64,000 nt of DNA from Planctomycetota bacterium. GTDB lineage: Bacteria > Planctomycetota > SZUA-567 > H5-PLA8. Positions 58,363-64,000 of the stretch are shown here, in pieces. The first letter of the stretch is position 1. Each line of letters begins with the position of its first letter. The stretch lies in the NCBI GenBank assembly GCA_038227875.1, contig JBBRPR010000027.1:1-64000 (forward strand). The letters run 5' to 3'. The notes under the pieces are model-generated. The model was not told where the DNA came from. It was given only the letters and a program-made list of their open reading frames with translations, and made no database searches. The position numbers and the translations under genes were made by a program.

Positions 58363-59481
58363 CTATTCGCTGGGCGGGGGCAGGGAGGCTTCCTTGATGC
58401 GTGCGCCGCAGGCGATGCGGACATTATAGCGACCCCGATCGCGGCCGTTAACGTTGCCGTTGTTCTGAAGGACTTCGTCACTGGCGTAAATGCGGAGGAA
58501 GAGGCGCTGGTTGCTATCGGGCTTCCACGTCTTTTCGTCGCCGATCAGAAACGGTTCGCCGTCCGGCCCGAATTTTCCAATCACCGCGCCGAAGGGGAAG
58601 GGCTGGTTGTCCTGGTTGGAAATGCCAGTCGGCGTGATCTGCGTGTTGAAAAGCGTCGCATTGCCGCTGCAGTTGACGGTCATCTGTTCCCCCACGATCG
58701 AATCGATGCCGGTGTCGGTCCAGTCGCGCACGGCGACAAGCGCATCGAGCTCCAGGGTTTCCAGATCGCCGTGGGCCACCCAGCGGACGCTGGCCAGATC
58801 GATGAGCTTGATTGAGAGGTCGCCGAGCTTGCTGCTGACTTTCAGCGCTTGTATGGCCAGCGTGCCGGCGGCCGTGAATTCGACCGTGCGGACGGTGTCG
58901 CGTGCATCCGCGTCCTCATCGGCCTGCTGGTAGATGCGCTTGAGCAGGTCGTCGAGACGCGGCTTGAGTTCCGGGGACGCGCCCGAGCGGAGCGTGAACA
59001 GCGGATCGAGACTGTTTTTGCCGGCATCGAGGAGCAAGCGGTCGGCTGCGGCACGCTTGACCAGATCCGCGCCTTTGAAATCGTCCAGCGTCACCGCGAG
59101 CTGCTTTTCGTCCAGCGGCGCGATGCCATCGCCGTGGGAGAGCTGCAGCAGCGATTCCATGGGAAATTTCAGCACGCCGAAGCTGGTCTTCAGGCTGATC
59201 GGTTCGTTGCTTTTCAATTCACCGCGCAGCGAGGAGCCATCCTTCAGACGGATTTCGACGGTCTGGGGATTCATGCGCTCTTTTTTGGAGGGTGCCGGAG
59301 CCGCGACTCCCGACTCCGCCGGATTTTTAGGCGAGGGCGGCTCGAGGTCAGGCATTTTCGGAAGGGTGGGCGCCGCTGCATTCTGGATCGGATCCAAATC
59401 CGCCGCGAAGAGCAACGAAGGCGCGAAGAGCAGCGTGGGGACGGCCGCCAGAGAGAGAGATAATCGGGTGATAGTATTCAT
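58363..59481 (-). CDS. Secreted HEAT + lectin-like protein (paralog 2)
   Basis: LKDGSSLRGE, LKTSFG, WTDTGID and GKFG..GEPFLIG. Confidence 0.75.
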   Translation of the reverse strand: MNTITRLSLSLAAVPTLLFAPSLLFAADLDPIQNAAAPTLPKMPDLEPPSPKNPAESGVAAPAPSKKERMNPQTVEIRLKDGSSLRGELKSNEPISLKTSFGVLKFPMESLLQLSHGDGIAPLDEKQLAVTLDDFKGADLVKRAAADRLLLDAGKNSLDPLFTLRSGASPELKPRLDDLLKRIYQQADEDADARDTVRTVEFTAAGTLAIQALKVSSKLGDLSIKLIDLASVRWVAHGDLETLELDALVAVRDWTDTGIDSIVGEQMTVNCSGNATLFNTQITPTGISNQDNQPFPFGAVIGKFGPDGEPFLIGDEKTWKPDSNQRLFLRIYASDEVLQNNGNVNGRDRGRYNVRIACGARIKEASLPPPSE

Positions 59482-59527
59482 GAACGGATCCTCGCTAACT
59501 TTTCCGCCATTCGCACAGTGATGGGCC

Positions 59528-60562
59528 TTACCGTCTCGCTCGAAGGCGAGCCTGATGATTGGGAGTTCCTGTCGCGTCGCCGGAAGTCGCGGTTTCATCG
59601 GACCAGACGCCGGTGGCCACGCGAACCTTGAATTCACCCGTGGACTGGTTGGTATTGTTGTTGGCGGTGTTCTCGGCGCAGAAGATTTTGACGTACAGCC
59701 GCAGCTTGTTGGGCGTGGCCCACTGCTTCGTGGCGCCGATCAGGAAAGGCTTGCCAGTGTCGCCCAGCTTCCCAACCACCGCGCCGGTCAGAAACGGCCG
59801 GTTGCCCCAGTTGGTCGTGCCTTCTGGGCCGGTCTGGAGGTTGCCGAAGAGGTTCACGGTGCCAGTACAAGTCACGGAGATCTTTTCGCCGGGTGTGGAA
59901 TCGACGCCGGTATCGAACCAATCGTCCATGCCGGTGCTGGCGTCCAGCGTGAGGCTCTTGTCGGAACCATTGGCGAGAAAGCGGATCGAATCCAGGTCTT
60001 CGAGCTTCACTTTCACGTCGCCGATGTGGCTCTTGACTGTCACAGTCTCAAATTGCAATGTGCCGGTCGCCTCGAATTCATCGGACTTGATCGAATCGTC
60101 GAGGACCAGTTTGGGATTGTTGTCGCCGATGCGCTTGAGAATCGCATCGATGCGGCTGCGCGCTTCGGCGGAGACCTTGCCTTTGACGTCGCGCAGCACG
60201 GAAGCGGCGGCCGCACCGCGTTCTTCCAGCCGCTTCTGCGCCTGGCCGCGGACGTTGAACTCGTCACTGTCCAGATCCTTGATCAGGGCGAGGATGTCCG
60301 TTTCGTCCTGCTTGGCCAGACGGAATCCCGCGCGCACGCGGAGCACATGATTGAGGGGAAAGTTAAGCGTGCCGTAGGGCGTTTTTAGTGAGAGCGCATC
60401 GACGCCGGAAATTTCGCCCAGGAGCATCGAGCCATCGCGAAGATGAACTTCCACCTGGTTGGGCGCGAACTTTTCGTCTGGAGTATCGTGATCGGTGGCG
60501 CCGCCGGCGAAGGCTGGAACGCAGAACATAAAGGCGGAAATCAGCAGTGCCAATCGCTTCAT
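59528..60562 (-). CDS. Secreted HEAT + lectin-like protein (paralog 1)
   Basis: LRDGSMLLGE, LKTPYG, WFDTGVD and GKLG..GKPFLIG. GGAGG RBS. Confidence 0.75.
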   Translation of the reverse strand: MKRLALLISAFMFCVPAFAGGATDHDTPDEKFAPNQVEVHLRDGSMLLGEISGVDALSLKTPYGTLNFPLNHVLRVRAGFRLAKQDETDILALIKDLDSDEFNVRGQAQKRLEERGAAAASVLRDVKGKVSAEARSRIDAILKRIGDNNPKLVLDDSIKSDEFEATGTLQFETVTVKSHIGDVKVKLEDLDSIRFLANGSDKSLTLDASTGMDDWFDTGVDSTPGEKISVTCTGTVNLFGNLQTGPEGTTNWGNRPFLTGAVVGKLGDTGKPFLIGATKQWATPNKLRLYVKIFCAENTANNNTNQSTGEFKVRVATGVWSDETATSGDATGTPNHQARLRARR

Positions 60563-60941
60563 ATCACATCCCTCCAATTTGTATCGGCGTGTCGTTTAAA
60601 ACCTCGCGACCTGTTTTGATGAATTCGAATTTAAACTTTTCTAAATTGGACTCCATGGGTTGACGAAAGTTACGATCGCTCCTTCAATTCGAAAATAGTT
60701 TCTTTGCTCGCATTTGATCTTCCTCGAACAATACACAATAAACAGCTCGTTCATAAGCCCCTCGGCAAACGCCTCTACAGCCAGGCGTTTCACGGAGAAC
60801 ATTGGCAGAATGAAACTTTCCCCCGAGCTGTTAGATAAGCACCACAGTCACGTGGTTACACAAGTTCAACGAGAACTGACACGAATAATTACGCACTTTT
60901 TGACAATTGCTTTGAGCATAAGTTCGTTGTCCAATAATCAC

Positions 60942-61916
60942 ATGCGCATCATTTTCTGCGGAACTCCTGAATACGCCGTACCCTCACTCCAACGCCTCGC
61001 GGCCCTTGCGCCCACGCATGAAGTTGTGGCGGTCGTCTCTCAGCCGGATCGTCCCGTCGGACGCTCGCGTGCACTGACGTCACCGCCTGTAGTACAAGCC
61101 GCGCGGTCCTTGGGAATTCCGCCCGAGCGCATTTTTCAGCCCAAAAGCATCAATAAGCCGGACGTATTGAATGCCCTCAGGGCGCTCGATTCCGATCTGC
61201 TCTGTGTCGTCGCCTACGGCAACCTGCTCAAAGCCGAGGCACTCGCCCTACCCAAACTTTACCCCATCAACGCACATGGATCGCTATTACCGCGCCATCG
61301 TGGAGCTGCTCCGATTCAGGCCGCGCTGCTGGCCGGAGACGCCGAGACCGGCATCACGATCATGCGCATGGAACTGGCGTTGGATTCCGGGCCGATGATG
61401 CTCACGCGGTCAATTCCCATCCGACCCGAAGACGACGCCGGGACGCTTCACGATACGCTGGCGCAACTCTCGGCGGCGTGTTTCGTGGAGGCCGTCGAGC
61501 AAATTGCCGCGGGGACCGCGCAGTTTACGCCGCAGGACGAAGCACGGGTGACCTACGTTTCGAAGCTGGAGAAGGATTCCGGACAGATCGACTGGAACAA
61601 GGACGCCGAATTCCTCGGCCGCTTCGTCCGTGCGATGAACCCGTGGCCGGGCGCGTGGACGCGCGTGAGCGCCTCCGACGGCAGCGCGACGCTGCGCGTG
61701 CGGATCGCTCGGGCGCTTCCGGATTCCACGCCAACCGGCCCAGCCGGCGACGGCGTTCTGGAGGGAACCGGCGACGCGACCGTGTTTCGCATTGCCTGCG
61801 GTTCGGGAAGTCTGCGCGTCAGCACCGTGCAGCCGGAAGGCAAGCGCGAAATGCGCGTCGCGGAGTTCGCGCGCGGATCAGGGAAGAAGTTCGCGCCGCA
61901 TTCCAAGTGGGCTTAG
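60942..61916 (+). CDS. fmt: Methionyl-tRNA formyltransferase
   Basis: MRIIFCGTPEYA, SQPDRP.GR, NAHGSLLP.HRGAAPI, LDSG and NPWPGA. Confidence 0.95.
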   Translation: MRIIFCGTPEYAVPSLQRLAALAPTHEVVAVVSQPDRPVGRSRALTSPPVVQAARSLGIPPERIFQPKSINKPDVLNALRALDSDLLCVVAYGNLLKAEALALPKLYPINAHGSLLPRHRGAAPIQAALLAGDAETGITIMRMELALDSGPMMLTRSIPIRPEDDAGTLHDTLAQLSAACFVEAVEQIAAGTAQFTPQDEARVTYVSKLEKDSGQIDWNKDAEFLGRFVRAMNPWPGAWTRVSASDGSATLRVRIARALPDSTPTGPAGDGVLEGTGDATVFRIACGSGSLRVSTVQPEGKREMRVAEFARGSGKKFAPHSKWA

Positions 61917-61925
61917 AATTCAAGC

Positions 61926-62888
61926 ATGCGTACCTGGCTTCCCATTCTGGTGATCTTCAGTCTCTTCCTCGGCGTCTATACGTGGCGGCGGGCGAAATCG
62001 CAACCTGTGCCCGTGGCGCGCGCGCCTTTTCCGGGAGCGCAAGTGCCTGAGGGCGCGCTGCTGCCAGGCAGCCAGGTCACGGCGCGGATGATTCGCGGCG
62101 GGTTGCTGGTCGACGGCGATCTGGCCGATCCGCTTCAAGAGATCGACGCCGTCCGCGTCGGCACGCCGGAGAAACCGGAAGAGAAGGTGACCTTCAGCGG
62201 CGGCTGGACCTCGCCCGTGCGCGCGATCTGGTTTTTCGACGTCGATCCGGCCGCGAAGTACCGCGTAAACATCCGCACGCGCCACCGTTCCATGGCGGAG
62301 GTACTGACACCCGGAAAGACCGAGCCCCTGGAATTGCAGCGCGTCCGCGTGCATGTCAAAGCATCAGAAGGTGGCGGCAAGGCCGTCGTCGCGAACTTTT
62401 CTCCCGATGGGGCGTGGCTGGCTGTTGGCACCAACGCGGGGGATTTGAAGCTGGTGTCGACGCCGGGAGATCAGACGCGGATTGATCTGCATGGGTTGGG
62501 GAAAATTGCGCGCCTTTTTTTTGCGTTCGATTTCAAAACTCTTTTCGTGTTTTCGAACGACAACGAATTTCGCACATTCGACATCGCCACTGGAAAGGAG
62601 TCACCCGAAAAGGTTGCCTTTCCTAAAATCAGTTTGACCATTCAAACATTCGACGCGAACGTGATCGGGCATTCCGACGATGGGCGCTGGCTGGTCAAGA
62701 CAGGAGCAGCCGCAGGCTCGATGGCGTTGTTCGATACTAAATTGGATAAACCGACTAAACCGGTCTACGCCATCGCCCACCCGTTCGCGGCGCTGTCGAG
62801 CGACGGACGTTATCTGGCCGTGATCGACGAGCGCAATCTCGCCACGGAGCCGGAAGAAGCGGATGTGGATGTGATTGTCGAGCACTAA
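61926..62888 (+). CDS. Membrane-anchored protein with WD40-like repeats
   Basis: FSPDGAWLAVG and LSSDGRYLA. Confidence 0.7.
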   Translation: MRTWLPILVIFSLFLGVYTWRRAKSQPVPVARAPFPGAQVPEGALLPGSQVTARMIRGGLLVDGDLADPLQEIDAVRVGTPEKPEEKVTFSGGWTSPVRAIWFFDVDPAAKYRVNIRTRHRSMAEVLTPGKTEPLELQRVRVHVKASEGGGKAVVANFSPDGAWLAVGTNAGDLKLVSTPGDQTRIDLHGLGKIARLFFAFDFKTLFVFSNDNEFRTFDIATGKESPEKVAFPKISLTIQTFDANVIGHSDDGRWLVKTGAAAGSMALFDTKLDKPTKPVYAIAHPFAALSSDGRYLAVIDERNLATEPEEADVDVIVEH

Positions 62889-63024
62889 GAATTGGGAAGG
62901 GCGCCACCCTGTCACGAATTCGTTACAGGGTGTCTACTTTTAACGAGCGCGTAAATTTTCACACAGCGTTCTGCAACTCGAACTCGTATTCATCACTCAT
63001 CATTCAAAATTCATCGTTTAGTTG

Positions 63025-64000
63025 TTACGCGCTTTGTTTCACCAATTGCGCCACGACTTCCGTCAGCGTGGCCGGCTCGACGGGCTTGGCGAGGTGCCGC
63101 TGGAAACCTTCAGCCAGCGCGCGTTCGCGGTCTTCGGTCCGTGCGAACGCCGTCAACGCCACGGCCGGCATGTTGAAGCCGCGCTGACGCAGTTTCTGAA
63201 TCAGCACGTAGCCGTCCTCGTCGGGCATGCCGATATCGCTGACGATGATGTGCGGCGTGAATGTGTCGAGGCGTGTCAGGGCGGCGGCGACGGACTCGGC
63301 GTGCAGCACTTCAGCGCCATACTTCTGGAGCACGAACGAGACGAAATCGCGCGCGTCGGGTTCGTCGTCGACCACCAGCACGCGCACGCCGGAGAGCACC
63401 GACTTGGCGTGCTCTTCGGTCATCAGGGTGGGCGGAGGCGCCGGATCGAGGTTGACCGCAGGGATCGGAAGGCGGATGGTAAACGCCGCGCCTTGGCCTT
63501 TTCCGCCGCTCTCGGCGGACACGCTGCCCCCGTGAAGTTCAATCAAATGCTTGACGATGGACAGGCCCAGTCCCAAGCCGCCGTAGCGGCGCGTGGCGGA
63601 ACTGTCGAACTGGCTGAAGCGGCGGAAGAGCATCGGCATATACGACGGCTCAATGCCTTCACCGGTGTCGCTCACGCGCATAAGAATGTGGGATTCCTGC
63701 CGCGAGAGGCGCACTTCGACGTTGCCGCCGCGGGGCGTGAACTTGATGGCGTTGTTGAGCAGATTCCAGACGGCCTGCTGCAGACGGTTGAAATCGCCGC
63801 GGATCGGGCCGACGGATTCTTCCATTACGAAGCGGACTTTGATCGCCTTGGCGTCGGCGGCGGAGCGGACGACGTCCATCGCGGCTTCAACCACCTGCGC
63901 CAGACCGACGGGCTTGAGATCGAGCTTGAGTTTTCCCGCGACGATACGGCTGACGTCGAGCAGTTCCTCGATGATCGCGGCCTGCGCCTTGACGTTGCGC
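63025..64000 (-). CDS. Hybrid sensor histidine kinase/response regulator (5' end outside window)
   Basis: NLLNNAIKFT, DTGEG and GGLGLGL; receiver motifs VVDDE, SDIGMP and KP. Confidence 0.93.
   Translation of the reverse strand, partial: RNVKAQAAIIEELLDVSRIVAGKLKLDLKPVGLAQVVEAAMDVVRSAADAKAIKVRFVMEESVGPIRGDFNRLQQAVWNLLNNAIKFTPRGGNVEVRLSRQESHILMRVSDTGEGIEPSYMPMLFRRFSQFDSSATRRYGGLGLGLSIVKHLIELHGGSVSAESGGKGQGAAFTIRLPIPAVNLDPAPPPTLMTEEHAKSVLSGVRVLVVDDEPDARDFVSFVLQKYGAEVLHAESVAAALTRLDTFTPHIIVSDIGMPDEDGYVLIQKLRQRGFNMPAVALTAFARTEDRERALAEGFQRHLAKPVEPATLTEVVAQLVKQSA

Overview
This is a GC-rich bacterial chromosome segment. Gene content and repeat types point to Planctomycetota, which is an inference. 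Bases ~7-10300 form a visibly AT-rich, ~10.3 kb integrative element with a phage-satellite-like layout. It carries a divergent tyrosine recombinase, two XRE regulators, an AEP primase with a PriCT-like domain, a P-loop helicase, an iteron/inverted-repeat origin, a coiled-coil operon and cargo genes. It has no recognisable capsid, terminase or relaxase gene. The most striking observation is its insertion site. The flanking direct repeat TCATCGGTCATTTT is not a tRNA end but a copy of a dispersed host heptamer repeat, and unoccupied copies occur at 40027-40194. The rest of the window is host DNA. It contains a repeat-dense zone (10.3-13.3 kb, with a 10-bp x13 array and a 19-bp-period palindrome array), extended ECF sigma factors, a FeeM-like acyltransferase, and GH2, clan-A and GH13 glycosidases. 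It also contains an ADP-ribosylglycohydrolase, nrdJ with NrdR/DnaA/IHF-like sites, an NrtR-NADAR-PncA-Nudix-macrodomain operon, thiO, an ABC ATPase, a rhomboid protease, hss, yebC-ruvC, fmt and a partial hybrid histidine kinase. I recognised no rRNA, tRNA, CRISPR array or reverse transcriptase. All calls come from motif reading only, with no database searches.
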